DNA of 64,000 nucleotides from an uncultured Verrucomicrobiae bacterium (GCA_963788655.1 CAWBHS010000038.1:1-64000); one strand, 5' to 3'; shown: positions 21,801 to 33,420, counted from the first letter of the stretch. A program made the numbers and translations. Notes: generated by a model from the letters alone, not told the origin.

Positions 21801-24800
21801 CTCAACGCCGTAGTCGTGCAGGGGCCGCCGGAGAAGCTGGTGATCGCCGAACAATTGGTCAAGACGCTGGACAGCGAGGAAGGTCCGGGCAAATGGGAAG
21901 TGCGCACCTACGAGGCGCCCGAAGGCACGGCGTTCAACCTCGCCCAGAGTCTCCAGCGTCTCTTTGCCGAACGCGGCGAACGGCCCCGGCGGGGCATGGA
22001 ACCGCGGTTCGAAGCCGACGCCGGCGGCAGCGTGCTGATGGTCGGCGCCACCAAAGACCAGTTCGAACAGATCGACAAATTGATCACGGAATTGAAAACG
22101 TCCGTGTCGGTCACCAACGAAATGCGCACGTTCGTGCTCAAGAACGGCGATCCCGAACAAATCGCTAACGTGCTGGAAGAAATGTTGACCGGCGCATCCG
22201 GTTCCTCGCGGCGCTTTGGCAACCCCGGCCGGCCGGGCAACTACCGCTATGGCCGTTCCGGCAGTTCCAGCAGCGAAGTCCGCATCGCGCCGGCGCCTTC
22301 TTTGAACGCCATTGTCGTGCAGGGACCGCCGGACAAACTGGCGCTGGCCGAACAATTGGTCCAATCGTTGGACAGCGAGGAAGGTCCGGGCAAATGGGAG
22401 GTGCGCACGTATCAGGCGCCCGAAGGCAGCGCGGTGACTCTGTCTCAAAGCCTGCAACGCCTCTTTACCGAACGGCGCGGGCCGAACACCGTCGGCCTGC
22501 AACCGCGCTTCGAAGCGGACGCCAACGCGGACGTCATCATGGTGGGCGCGACCAAGGATCAATTCGAACAAATCAGCAAGCTCATCACGGAATTGCAGAG
22601 TTCGATATCGGTCACGAACGAGATGCGCACGTTCGTGTTGAAGAATGCCGATCCCGAACAGGTCGCCAGCGTACTCGAAGAAATGTTGGCCGGTGGTGCG
22701 GGGGGCTCCCGCCGCGGTGGTGGTGGCAGGGCTTACGGTGATGCCAACGGTTCTCCCTTTCGCTATGGCCGCTCGCGCGCCACTGGCCCCAGCAATGTCC
22801 AGGTGGCGGCGGCACCTTCGTTGAAAGCGGTGGTCGTTCAGGGGCCGCCGGACAAACTGGTTTTGGCCGAGCAACTGGTCAGATCGTTGGACAGTGAGGA
22901 AGGCCCCGGCAAATGGGAGGTGCGCACGTACCCGGCGCCCGAGGGCAGCGCGATGAACCTCGCGCAGAGCCTGCAACGGTTGTTCACCGAACGCGGCGGG
23001 CCAACCCGCACCGGCCTGGAGCCGCGGTTTGAAGCGGACATGAATTCGAATGTCATCATGGTGGGCGCAACGAAAGATCAGTTCACCCAGATCGATAAGC
23101 TGGTGGAAGAAGTGCTGAAGTCGGCCGCCCCCACGAGTGAGATTCGCACGTTCATCTTGAAGTTTGCCGAGCCGGAACAGATTTCCAACGTGCTCTCCGA
23201 CATGTTGTCCGGCACTGGCGGTTCTTCCCGTTCCACCACTTATTATCCGGGGGCGTCGTATCGCTATGCGCGTATGGGCGGTGCCGCCACCCGCGAAGTG
23301 CATGTTTCGCCCGCGCCCGCGCTGAACGCCGTGGTGGTGCAGGGTCCGCCGGACAAAATCGTGGAAGCGGAGAAACTGATCGCGACGCTCGACAAGGAAG
23401 ACGCCGAAGGCCAGAACGTCATCCAGGCCGTTCACCTGGCCAAAGGCCGGGCGGAGGACATTGCCGAGGCGCTGTCACAAAACATCGCCGACCGCACCAG
23501 CCGCATGCAAGGCGCGCCCAAGACGCGCATGCAGCGTGTGAACGTAACCGCCGTGGGCGGTGCCGACAGCCTGCTCATCAGTGGTCCCGGGGACGCGGTC
23601 AAAGAAGTGTTGTCCATCATCCGCGAACTGGACCAGGAGAGCAAAGGCGACGAAATCGAAGTGCGGATTTACAAACTGGAAAACGGCGAAGCCAAGGAGA
23701 TCTCGACCGTGATCCAACAACTCCTGCTCAACGTCACCCGCGCCACGCCGCGCAGTAAGTCCCTGGCGCGTAATGTTCCGGCATCGGTGTCCGTGGACGA
23801 AAAATCCAACAGCCTGATCATTTCCGGCACGGCGGCGCACTTCAGCGTGGTCGAGAAAGTCCTGCCCACGCTGGACAGAATTCCCGAACGCGCCGACCGC
23901 GACATTGACATCGTGTGGCTGCAAAACGCCCAGGCCATGGACGTGGCGTTCACATTGAATTCCGCTTTTGAAGCGCGCGACGAAAAAGACCGCCCGGTCA
24001 TCGAATCGGACATCATGGCCAACACGATCACGATCATTGGGAAGAAGGCCGACATCGCGCACATCCAGGACATGATCGCCCGCATGGACGAACCGTCGAA
24101 CGACAACTCGGTGCAAGTCCGGTTGCGGGCGATCACCAGCGTGCCGGCGGAGCAAATGATCAAAATGTTGACGAACATTTATCCGCAGATGGTCTTCGGC
24201 CAAATCCGGGTGGTGGACAAACTCAAGCCGCAGCCGATGAAACCCGAAGCGGCCCGGAAGCCCGCCGGCACGAACCAACCGCCAGGGGCTCCGGCGCTGC
24301 CGACCAGCCCTACCAACCGCCGCCGGTGCCGCCGGAAGTGGTCATCGCGCTCGACAAAGAAGCCAACGCGCTGATTCTCTCCGGTCCTACGCGGGAATTG
24401 GATCAGGTGGAGCGGATTATCTCCGAACTGACCTTCAACTTCATTACCAGCGATGCCGAGTTCCGGCTCTATCCGCTCAAGGAAGCCGACCCGGTGGTGG
24501 TGGCGCGGACCTTGACCGAACTGTTCCGCGAGCCGGCCGTTCAAGTGCAGCAACAACCAAAGCAAGGCCAACCGCAGCAGCAAAACCAGCCGCCTCGCGC
24601 GGTGGTGCCCAAGCCCAAGCTGACGGTCGTGGCCGAACCGCGCACCCGTAGCGTCATCGTGCGCGCCAAACCCTCGGATTTCCCGCTGGTGGAGGGCCTC
24701 ATCAAACAGCTCGACGCCGCGGACCTGATGGCGCAATTGGACTTTCGCGTGGTGCTCCTCACCAATGCCCAGCCCGAAAAGGTCGTGGGCCTGGTGCAGC

Positions 24801-27800
24801 AAATGGTCAAGCAACTGGGCGAAGTCCGGCCCGGTGACCCGCTCACGGTCACGGTCGATACCCGTTCGCGCGGCTTGCTGCTGGTCGCGCGTCCCAATGT
24901 GTTGGATCGCATCGAGCAAATGGTGCGCGCGCTGGACGTGCCTTCGGAATATGAACAGGCCGAAGTGCTGGTGGTGTCGCTCAAGAAGGCCAGCGCGCCG
25001 CAATTGGCCAGTGTACCTGCAGAACATGCTCAAGCCCGGCACCGAGGGGCAACTCACGCCGGAAGCCCGCGAACTCCAGGAACAAGTGCGGAAGTTGAGA
25101 ATCAAGAATGACGCCGGCGAGGAAGTCGTCCTGGACCTGACCAAGCCCATCAAGATTTTGCCCGATCCACAAACCACCGGCACTGGCGGTAACCGGCTTA
25201 TCCTTACCTCGACGCCGGACAACCTCAAAGCCCTGCAAGCCGTCGTGACCATGATGGACAGCGTGCCGGTGCAGGAAGGCGTGGACGTGAAACTCATTCA
25301 CCTGGCCTTTGCCGACGCCAACACGGTGGCCCAGACGTTGACCACCATTTTTACTCAGGGCAAACAACTGGCCACCGGCCCCATTCCGAATGCCCAACCG
25401 GAAAGCGAGTCCGGCAAAGCCCTGGTCAACCCGCTCAACGTGGCCATCGATCCGCGGTCCAATACGCTCATCCTCAGCGGCCAGAAGGAGAGCCTCGACC
25501 TGGCGCTCAAAGTGGTCGATGACCTGGACCGCGAACTGGACCGGTTCATGACCGACGTGAAACTGTTCCGGCTGAAGCACGCCTCGGCCACCCGCTTGCT
25601 GCCGTTGTTGCAATCCGTGTTTGCCGAAGGGCCGGCGGTGCCCGGTTCCGAAGGTTTGAACACCATGGTAACCCGGTTGCGCACGGCGGTGGAGCAAGGC
25701 GCTCCGATTACCACCCTGCAACCCAAGACGCGCGCCGCACTGGTGGTTCAGGCCGACGACATTGCCAACATTCTCATCGTGGCCGCCCGCACGGATGCCA
25801 TGCCCTTGATCGAGGAAGTGATCAATCAGTTGGATATTCCCGCCGCCTCCGGCATGGACACTATCCGCATCTACCCGCTCAACCATGCCGACGCGAGCGC
25901 CATTCAGAAAATCATCACCGACCTCCACACCGGACCGCGGGCCGCCTCGATCCGCACGGAAGACCGGCCGACGGTTACGGTCGATCAACGCAGCAATTCC
26001 TTGATTGTTTCCGGCAATGAAAAAGCCTTCGGCATTATCGAAGGCTTGCTCAAAAAGTTGGACCAGGAACTGCCGTTTGAATTGCGCGACATTCGCATCG
26101 TGGCGCTCGAAAACGCGGACGCCACGGTTGTGGCCGGCACGTTACAGCAACTGATGGATGCCCGCGTAACGCGCCGCGCCGCATTGGACCAGCAACAGGC
26201 GGATCTGCTCAAGGTGATCATTGTGGCCGATCCGCGCAGCAACAGCCTGCTCGTTGGCGGCTCGAAAGACAGTTACGAATTGGTCACCTCGCTGGCCCAG
26301 CAATTGGACCAGGCGGCGCCGGCGTTGAGCGGACGCATCCGGTTGGTGCCGCTGCAATTCGGCGACGCGCGGTCCATCGCCATTGCGCTGGGCCAACTCT
26401 TCACGCAACGGTATTCCATGGCCCGCACGCCAGACGTGCAGCGTAGCCGGCCAGTCATTGTGGCCGACCCGCGCAGCAACAGTTTGTTGGTGGCTGCCAG
26501 TGTGGATGACAACCAGGCTATTGATGAACTGCTCAAGAAGCTCGACCAGAAATTAGACGACCCGTCGATGGTGATCACCGTCGTGGGCTTGCAGCACAAT
26601 GATTCCACCCGCGTCGCGGCTACGTTGGAATCGGTTTTTCAAGCTCGGTTGCGCGCGCGTCGAGTGCCGGGCCAGACGCCGTCGCCACAGGACATGGTGA
26701 ACGTCGAGCCGGAGTCGTTGAACAACTCGCTGATCATCTACGCGAGCAAAGAGAACCAGGAACTCATCAAGGGTTTGTTGGAAAAGATTGACGTGGAACC
26801 CGTGGCCCTCGGCGGGATCATTCAGACCTTTACGCTGCAATTCGCCGATGCTCAGCGCGTGGCCACCATGCTGCAGTCTTTGGTGACGCAGGGACTCTAT
26901 CGTCCCGGCGCTTCCTCTCCGCGCGGTCCCGGCGCCGCCCAGCGCAACGCTTTGGCGGTCACGGTCGATCCCCGCAGCAACACGTTGATTGTGTCCGCCA
27001 GTCCGGAAAACATGCTGGTCATCAAGGAAATCATCAATCGGGTGGACACCCAGGACATGGCGGAAACGGGCAATGTGCGCTTGTACCAACTCAAGAAGGC
27101 CCGGGCGAGCAGCCTGGCCACCGTGCTCGAACAGTTCTTTCGCTCGAAGCGCGCCGCGGAATCCACCGGCATCAACGCGGCCGAACGCACCGTGCCGGTT
27201 TCAGTCATTCCCGACGACCGCAGCAACACCTTGCTGGTCACCGGGGGCAAGGAAAGCTTCGATGTTCTCGAACGGATCATCAAGCAACTGGACGGCGATG
27301 AGATTTTCGCGCGGATGAATTTCAAGGTGTTCCCGTTGAAGCAAGCCACCGCCACCAAGTTGCAATCCACCTTGCAGCAAATCTTCGCCAACCGCCCACC
27401 GCGCGTCCGCGGCGAACCTCTCGATCCCATCACCATCGTGGCCGACTCGTGGGTTAACGGGCTGATTGTGGGGGCTTCGACCGAAGATTTGGAAATGGTG
27501 GGCTCGCTGATTGAGCAACTCGACAGTGAGCCGACGGAAGGCGGGTTGTCCGTCCAGGTGTTGCCCCTGGCCAAAGCCAACGCCACCCGCGTGGCGCAAA
27601 CCATCCAGGGCCTGTTCCGCGAAGGCACGGCCGGCGCCGCCATGCCCGTGTCCGTCAGCGCCGACGAGCGCATCAATGCCATCGTCGTCTCCGCCGGCGA
27701 AGCGGACGCCAAACGCATTTCGGACTTGGTGAAGAAACTGGACACCGACCAGGTGGCCAAAGTGGCCGAGATTAAAATCTTCCCGCTCCAATATGCCCGG

Positions 27801-29585
27801 GCCGATTCCCTGGCCACCATCCTCAACCAGGCCCTGAATCAGAAGCCCACGCCGTTGACCGAGCAAAGCCCCAATGCCCAATCGCTGCTCCAGTTTGTCG
27901 CGCGCACCCAGGACGGCAAAGCGTTGGTTACCGCCGCGCTGCGGGAAGCCGTCTTGATCACGCCGGACGTGCGGATGAATGCGCTGATCGTTTCCGGCCC
28001 CGTCGATTACATGGGCTTGCTGGAACAAATCATCACCCGCCTGGATTCCAGTTCGCCGCAAGTGGCCAAGATCAAGGTGTTCCAATTGCTGAATGCCGAC
28101 GCCCGCCAAATGTCCGATGTGCTGAGCACGCTCTTCCGCATGCAGCAAGCCGCCACCGCCAACCAGCGATCCATCGAATACACGCTCGTCAAATCCGATT
28201 TCAGCGGTCTCGATATGTTCGGCCCGGACCAGGAACTGGCTTCGGCCACGCTGGGCACCGCGGAACAAAGCGCGCTGACCGTGACGGTGGATCCGCGCAC
28301 CAACAGCCTGCTGGTCGGCGGCACCGAACACTATGTCGAGCTGGTTTCCGAGATTGTGACCGCGCTCGACGCGAATCCCGGGCAGGAACGGCATTCGGAG
28401 GTTTATCGCTTGAAAAACGCGCAGGCCCTCGGGGTGGCAACGGCGGTCCGCAGTTTCCTGGACCAGGAACGCCAGCGGGTCACCCAAGTCCTGGGTGCCG
28501 ATGCGGTCGGCACGGCCCAGCGGTTGCTCGAGCAGGAAGTCGCCATCGTGGCCGAGGAAGTCAGCAACACCCTGTTGGTTTCGGCCAACCCGCGTTATTT
28601 TACCCAGGTCAAGGCGCTCATCGAACAATTGGATCAACCCCAGCCGCAGGTGCTCATCCAGGTGTTATTGGCCGAAGTGACGCTGGATTCGACCACGGAA
28701 CTGGGTGTGGAATGGAGTTATGCCGGCGCCAAGAGCGGTAACAATTTTCTCACCGGCACCGACTTTGGCGTGGCCCAGGAATTGCAGACCTTCGGCGGTT
28801 ACTCGGCCGCGGTGACCGGTAGCGATTATACGTTCCTGTTGCGGGCGCTGAAAAATGATGGGCGCCTGGAAGTCCTGAGCCGCCCGCAAATCTTGACCGC
28901 CGATAACAAACCGGCGTCCATCAACATTGGCCAACGCGTCCCGCTCATCACCGATAGCCAGATCACGCCCCAAGGCGGCTCGGTCACCACATTCCGCTAT
29001 GAAGACGTCGGTATCAACCTGACCGTGACGCCGCGCATCAGCCCGGACGGCCTGGTCAGCATGGAAGTCTCCACCACGAACAGCGCCATCAGCAGTTCGA
29101 CCGTCCAGGTCGGCTCGTCGGCCAATGTCCCGATCATCAACTCGCGCCGGGCCACCACGTCCCTCAGCGTGCAAAGCGGCCAAACTATTATCATTGGCGG
29201 GCTCATTTCCACGACGGATGACGAGCGCGTGAAGAAAATGCCCTTGCTCGGCGATATTCCCCTGATCGGCGCGCTGTTTCGCAGCTCCCGCCGGGCGACC
29301 GACCGGAAAGAATTGTTGATCTTGCTGACCCCCCAGGTGTTGGCCAGTCGCACCAACTCGGTGGGCGTGGACGCGGAAAAACTGACGCGGGAGAACTTGG
29401 ATCGTTCGACGATCAAAGATCAAATCAAACGGGATACGTTACAAAAACAACTGCTGGATCCGCTGTTCCCGACGATCAAGGAAGAGAAGCCACAACCGAC
29501 CCCGGGACCGCAATCCAAAAAACCCGCGGTTGATCCGGTTGATGCCGCCGTCCCGATCCGTTACGAAACGCCCGACCCATCATGA
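12852..29585 (+). CDS. gspD: Giant GspD-type secretin (~5,570 aa), split into three ORFs by two compensating indels (~24320 and ~25010)
   Basis: Signal peptide, N0 (IRFQFDG..GTLTY), ~62 KH-like N repeats (L..A.A..V...L....D..SN.LIV), C-terminal QVLIQVLLAEV, LSRPQILTADNKPASINIG, KMPLLGDIPLIGALFRS; first and last ORFs share one frame. Confidence 0.9.
17901..20690 (+). repeat. Intragenic tandem repeat, 930-bp (310-aa, four N-domain) period
   Basis: GACAAGGT.AGC...CGCGTGTTCAAGTTGAAGTCGGC at 17901, 18831 and 19761; first two copies nearly identical in DNA. Confidence 0.92.
21370..23400 (+). repeat. Intragenic tandem repeat of a two-N-domain unit (~500-520 bp, four copies)
   Basis: GACAG.GAGGAAGG.CC.GGCAAATGGGA at 21870, 22371 and 22890; VVQGPP.KL motif four times. 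Confidence 0.88.
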
Positions 29586-30166
29586 CCGGAATTCTACCGA
29601 TGGCGCGATTATTGACCACGACTCTCCTCCACTTTAGCCGCCGCATCGGATCGCGGTTCTCCGGGGGCATGCTGCGTTGTGTTCTCATCGGGTTGGCGGT
29701 TGCCTTGCTGACCGGATGCGCTTCCAGCCGTCAGGGAACCACGAGTGGCAACGCCGCACCCAACTCGCCCATTGACCGCATTCACATCATCAGCCAGCCG
29801 GTGGCCATCAACTTCGACCAACTTCCCGGGGCGGACGGTTTCGGCGTTACCCTGTTTGCCACGACCGCCCGCGAGCCTAAATCTGTGGCTATTCCCGAGG
29901 GCAAACTGGAAATCTTGATGTATGACGGTCTGCTCAAAGTAAGGGAATTTGCCACGACCAAGCCCCTGAAAACCTGGACCTACACCGCCGAAGAACTCCG
30001 GGCGTATGCTGCCAACGGCTCCATTGGCGTTGGGTACCGCCTGACTCCTCAATGGGGTGACCAGGTGCCGACGCAAAACCGCATCACCGTCCTGGCCCGC
30101 TACACGTCTCCGACCGGGGCGGTTCGCTATTCCGAACCCACCGTCATCTCCCTGTTGGCCGGGTGA
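29582..30166 (+). CDS. Lipoprotein coupled to the secretin gene (candidate pilotin); start may be 29669
   Basis: LAVALLTG|C lipobox; ATGA overlap with the secretin stop. Confidence 0.7.
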   Translation: MTGILPMARLLTTTLLHFSRRIGSRFSGGMLRCVLIGLAVALLTGCASSRQGTTSGNAAPNSPIDRIHIISQPVAINFDQLPGADGFGVTLFATTAREPKSVAIPEGKLEILMYDGLLKVREFATTKPLKTWTYTAEELRAYAANGSIGVGYRLTPQWGDQVPTQNRITVLARYTSPTGAVRYSEPTVISLLAG

Positions 30167-30472
30167 TGGCCAAACATGGTTGAACGGTAGGGCACGTCAC
30201 CCCGTGCGCGTCGGCTGGTTCCCCCTGATGCGGTTTGCTCCCTTCGCGGCGTACGGGGGACTGTGCGCTCTGCCTGGCATCGGTAGCATATTAACCACTC
30301 CGTGCAATAAATGACCAACCTGCTTCTATATCCACACCACTACCGGAGCCGGTGCCCGAATTCTTGTCTTCACCCTGAACGGGCACCAGCGTCAAGGTTC
30401 GCCTCAAGTTTCCACCGCAAAATGGCACTCAATCCAAAGGGCGCCCTGCGTTTCCAACTTCGACGGGCCTGG

Positions 30473-30488
30473 TGGCATCAACGTTGCT
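30473..30488 (+). promoter_or_regulatory. sigma54 (-24/-12) promoter
   Basis: TGGCATCAACGTTGCT matches TGGCA-N6-TTGC with correct spacing, ~200 bp upstream of the ATP-grasp operon. Confidence 0.7.
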
Positions 30489-30535
30489 AAAACCACCGAA
30501 TCCTTGCATTGATCGCATGGCCTGCGCGAGAATTA

Positions 30536-30667
30536 GAGCTTGTTTGAACAATGGTAGCCGCCGACGTAAGGAGGCTCATTCATTGCGGGCGTGGGACGGT
30601 TTTCCGAGGAAAAATGAGCCTCCTCACGTTGGCGGCTACGGACCGGTTGGAGTTTTAAAACAGGCTC
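30536..30667. mobile_element. 132-bp MITE-like element carrying a REP pair, flanked by TTA duplication
   Basis: TTA|GAGCTTGTTTGAA ... TTAAAACAGGCTC|TTA; inner GTAGCCGCCGACGTAAGGAGGCTC / GAGCCTCCTCACGTTGGCGGCTAC. Confidence 0.75.
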
Positions 30668-30689
30668 TTAACGTTTGCAGGATTGGTTT

Positions 30690-32213
30690 ATGTATTTTCA
30701 GAACTACGATGTAGGAGCGTTCTTCGATGAAATGTTCGATGAGCACGGGCAGCCCCGCCCGGTTGCTCAGCCATTGATCGCCACCATCGACAACCTTCCG
30801 GACGGCGAGCTGTTAATCCGGCAGCAGGCGGCCGAGCGGGCCCTGCTGCAACTGGGAATCACTTTCAATGTGTATGGCGAAGGCGCGGGCGTGGAGAAGA
30901 TATTTCCCTTCGACCTCCTGCCGCGCATTGTTTCTGAAGCGGAATGGGGACGGATCGATCGCGGATTGAAGCAGCGCATTCATACGCTCAATCTATTCAT
31001 CAACGACCTGTATCACGAACAGCGCGTCATCAAAGACGGCGTCGTGCCCGAGGAAATTGTCCTTTCCTCGAAAGCGTACCGGCGGGAATGCATCGGATTG
31101 AAGCCGCCACAAGGTATCTGGTGCCACATCACCGGCACGGATCTGGTGCGGCACCACGACGGTCAGATTTACGTGCTCGAAGACAATTTGCGTTGCCCCT
31201 CGGGGGTGTCCTACGTGCTGGAAAACCGCCGCGTCATGAAGAGCATGTTTCCTCAAGTCTTCGCGGCGATGAAGGTTCGTCCGGTGGCCGATTATCCCAG
31301 CCACCTCCGCGACGTGCTCGATTACCTGGCGCCCGCGGAGGTGACTTCGCCGCACGTCGTCTTGCTGACCCCGGGCATTTACAACTCCGCCTACTTCGAG
31401 CATTCCTTCCTCGCCCAGCAGATGGGTATCGAACTGGTCGAAGGCCGCGACCTGGTGGTCCATGACGGTTACGTATGGATGCGCACCACCAAGGGCTTCG
31501 AGCGCGTGGACGTGATTTATCGGCGGATCGACGATGATTTTCTGGACCCGCGGGTTTTTCGTCCTGATTCCATGCTCGGGGTGCCGGGCTTGATGGAAGT
31601 GTATCAGCAGGGCCACGTGGCCCTGGCCAACGCGCCGGGCAATGGCGTGGCGGATGACAAAGTGGTTTATGCCTATGTGCCGCGCCTGGTGAAGTATTAC
31701 CTCGATGAAGACATCGTGTTGCCGAACGTTCCCACGTACATCTGCGCGGACGCCAAGGATCTGCAATACGTGTTGGAGCATCTTCCCGAACTGGTGGTCA
31801 AAGCCGCCCATGAATCCGGTGGCTACGGCATGCTCGTCGGGCCGCAGGCCACCCACGCCCAATGCGCCGAGTTCGCCGAACGCGTCAAGGCCAACCCGCG
31901 CAACTACATCGCCCAACCCACGCTGGGCTTGTCACGGGTGCCGACCATTGTGGACAATCATTTCGAGGGCCGGCACGTGGATTTGCGTCCGTACATTCTT
32001 TACGGCGAAGACATCTTCGTATTGCCCGGCGGCCTGACCCGCGTGGCGTTGAAGCAAGGTTCGCTGGTGGTCAACTCCTCCCAGGGCGGCGGCAGTAAGG
32101 ACACCTGGGTGCTGGCCGACCATGCCGCGAGCGGCCAACCAAATCCAAAGGCTGAAATCCGAAATCCGAAAGCAAACCGAAAACCGAATGAAATTCAAAG
32201 GCAGCAGATCTGA
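30690..32213 (+). CDS. Circularly permuted type 2 ATP-grasp protein
   Basis: GITFNVY, VLEDNLRCPSGVSY, LTPGIYNSAYFEH, VDVIYRRIDD, VNSSQGGGSKDTWV. Confidence 0.95.
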   Translation: MYFQNYDVGAFFDEMFDEHGQPRPVAQPLIATIDNLPDGELLIRQQAAERALLQLGITFNVYGEGAGVEKIFPFDLLPRIVSEAEWGRIDRGLKQRIHTLNLFINDLYHEQRVIKDGVVPEEIVLSSKAYRRECIGLKPPQGIWCHITGTDLVRHHDGQIYVLEDNLRCPSGVSYVLENRRVMKSMFPQVFAAMKVRPVADYPSHLRDVLDYLAPAEVTSPHVVLLTPGIYNSAYFEHSFLAQQMGIELVEGRDLVVHDGYVWMRTTKGFERVDVIYRRIDDDFLDPRVFRPDSMLGVPGLMEVYQQGHVALANAPGNGVADDKVVYAYVPRLVKYYLDEDIVLPNVPTYICADAKDLQYVLEHLPELVVKAAHESGGYGMLVGPQATHAQCAEFAERVKANPRNYIAQPTLGLSRVPTIVDNHFEGRHVDLRPYILYGEDIFVLPGGLTRVALKQGSLVVNSSQGGGSKDTWVLADHAASGQPNPKAEIRNPKANRKPNEIQRQQI

Positions 32214-32330
32214 AGTAGCGATCCTTCCAACACGTCACTTCAACCGCTGGGCAGCGGGGAATGGAAGCGCATGGTTCCCGGAACTGGATTTCGGTCCTTT
32301 GGTTCTCGGCCTTCATTCCCGTTTATTCCC

Positions 32331-33317
32331 ATGCTAAGTCGGGTTGCTGAATCAATCTATTGGATGAGCCGTTATGTGGAGCGGGCCGAAAACGTGGCCC
32401 GTTTCCTGGAAGTCAATTTCCTGCTGATGCTGGATGCGCCGGACGGGTTCGACCAGCAATGGAAGCCCTTGGTCAACACCACCGGCGATGCCGACGACTT
32501 TGCCCAACGCTATGGGAGGGCGCACCAGGAAAACGTCATCCAGTTCCTGACGTTCGACGCCCAGAATCCGAACTCGATCCTGTCGTGTCTGCGGGCCGCG
32601 CGCGAAAGTGCGCGTACCGTGCGGGAGATCATTTCCTCGGACATGTGGCTGCAGTTGAACAAGGCCTACATCATGGCGAACCATGCGGCCAATAATCCGC
32701 GTACCCTGGCGTCACAACACGATTTTCTAACCGAAGTCAAAATGGCCAGCCACCTGTTTTCCGGGGTGACCAATGCGACCATGACGCACGAGGAAGCCTG
32801 GCATTTCTGCCGGTTGGGTCGCATGCTCGAACGGGCCGACAAAACCTCCCGCATCCTGGATGTTAAATACTTCTACCTGCTGCGCAACGTGGACGACGTG
32901 GGCACGCCCTTTGATGAGTTGCAATGGGCGGCGGTCCTGCGGTCCGCCAGCGCCCTCGAGATGTACCGCAAGCGGTACGGCCGCATTTCCCCGACCGGCG
33001 TGGTGGATTTTCTCTTGTTGGACCGGTTGTTCCCGCGGGCCATCCAGTATTGCTTGATGGCGGCGCGCGATTCGCTCCACGCCATTTCCGGCACGCCCCT
33101 GGGCGCCTTCCGCTTTCCGCACGAGCGGTTGCTCGGACAGCTTTGTTCGGACCTCTGGTACACGGCGGTGCAGGAAATCATCGACGGCGGGCTGCACGAA
33201 TACGTGGATGAACTCCAAACGCAAATGAACCAAATCGGTGCCGGCATCTTCGATACTTTTTTTGCGCTCAAGAAACCCTCCTCCACCAAGGATCGCTCCA
33301 GCCTGGCGTTGACTTGA
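32331..33317 (+). CDS. Alpha-E domain protein
   Basis: MLSRVAESIYWMSRYVERAEN, LGRMLERADKTSRILDVK, FPRAI. Confidence 0.95.
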   Translation: MLSRVAESIYWMSRYVERAENVARFLEVNFLLMLDAPDGFDQQWKPLVNTTGDADDFAQRYGRAHQENVIQFLTFDAQNPNSILSCLRAARESARTVREIISSDMWLQLNKAYIMANHAANNPRTLASQHDFLTEVKMASHLFSGVTNATMTHEEAWHFCRLGRMLERADKTSRILDVKYFYLLRNVDDVGTPFDELQWAAVLRSASALEMYRKRYGRISPTGVVDFLLLDRLFPRAIQYCLMAARDSLHAISGTPLGAFRFPHERLLGQLCSDLWYTAVQEIIDGGLHEYVDELQTQMNQIGAGIFDTFFALKKPSSTKDRSSLALT

Positions 33318-33337
33318 ACTCCCGGGAAACACTTCGT

Positions 33338-33420
33338 TCTTGCGCTTGCTCCGGCTCATGGTCTTGATCTCTCGGCGGGCTTGAGCCAGCGTTCGAATAT
33401 GAAACCGAGCAAGCGCAAGA
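33338..33420. repeat. Perfect 14-bp inverted repeat element between operon genes
   Basis: TCTTGCGCTTGCTC ... GAGCAAGCGCAAGA. Confidence 0.7.

Noticed and set aside
24300..25020. Programmed frameshifting or three separate secretin genes
   Set aside because: Both shifts fall inside N-domains, cancel each other and lack obvious slippery sites; similar single-base indels occur at 1-470, ~1387, ~54620 and ~58991, pointing to assembly errors.
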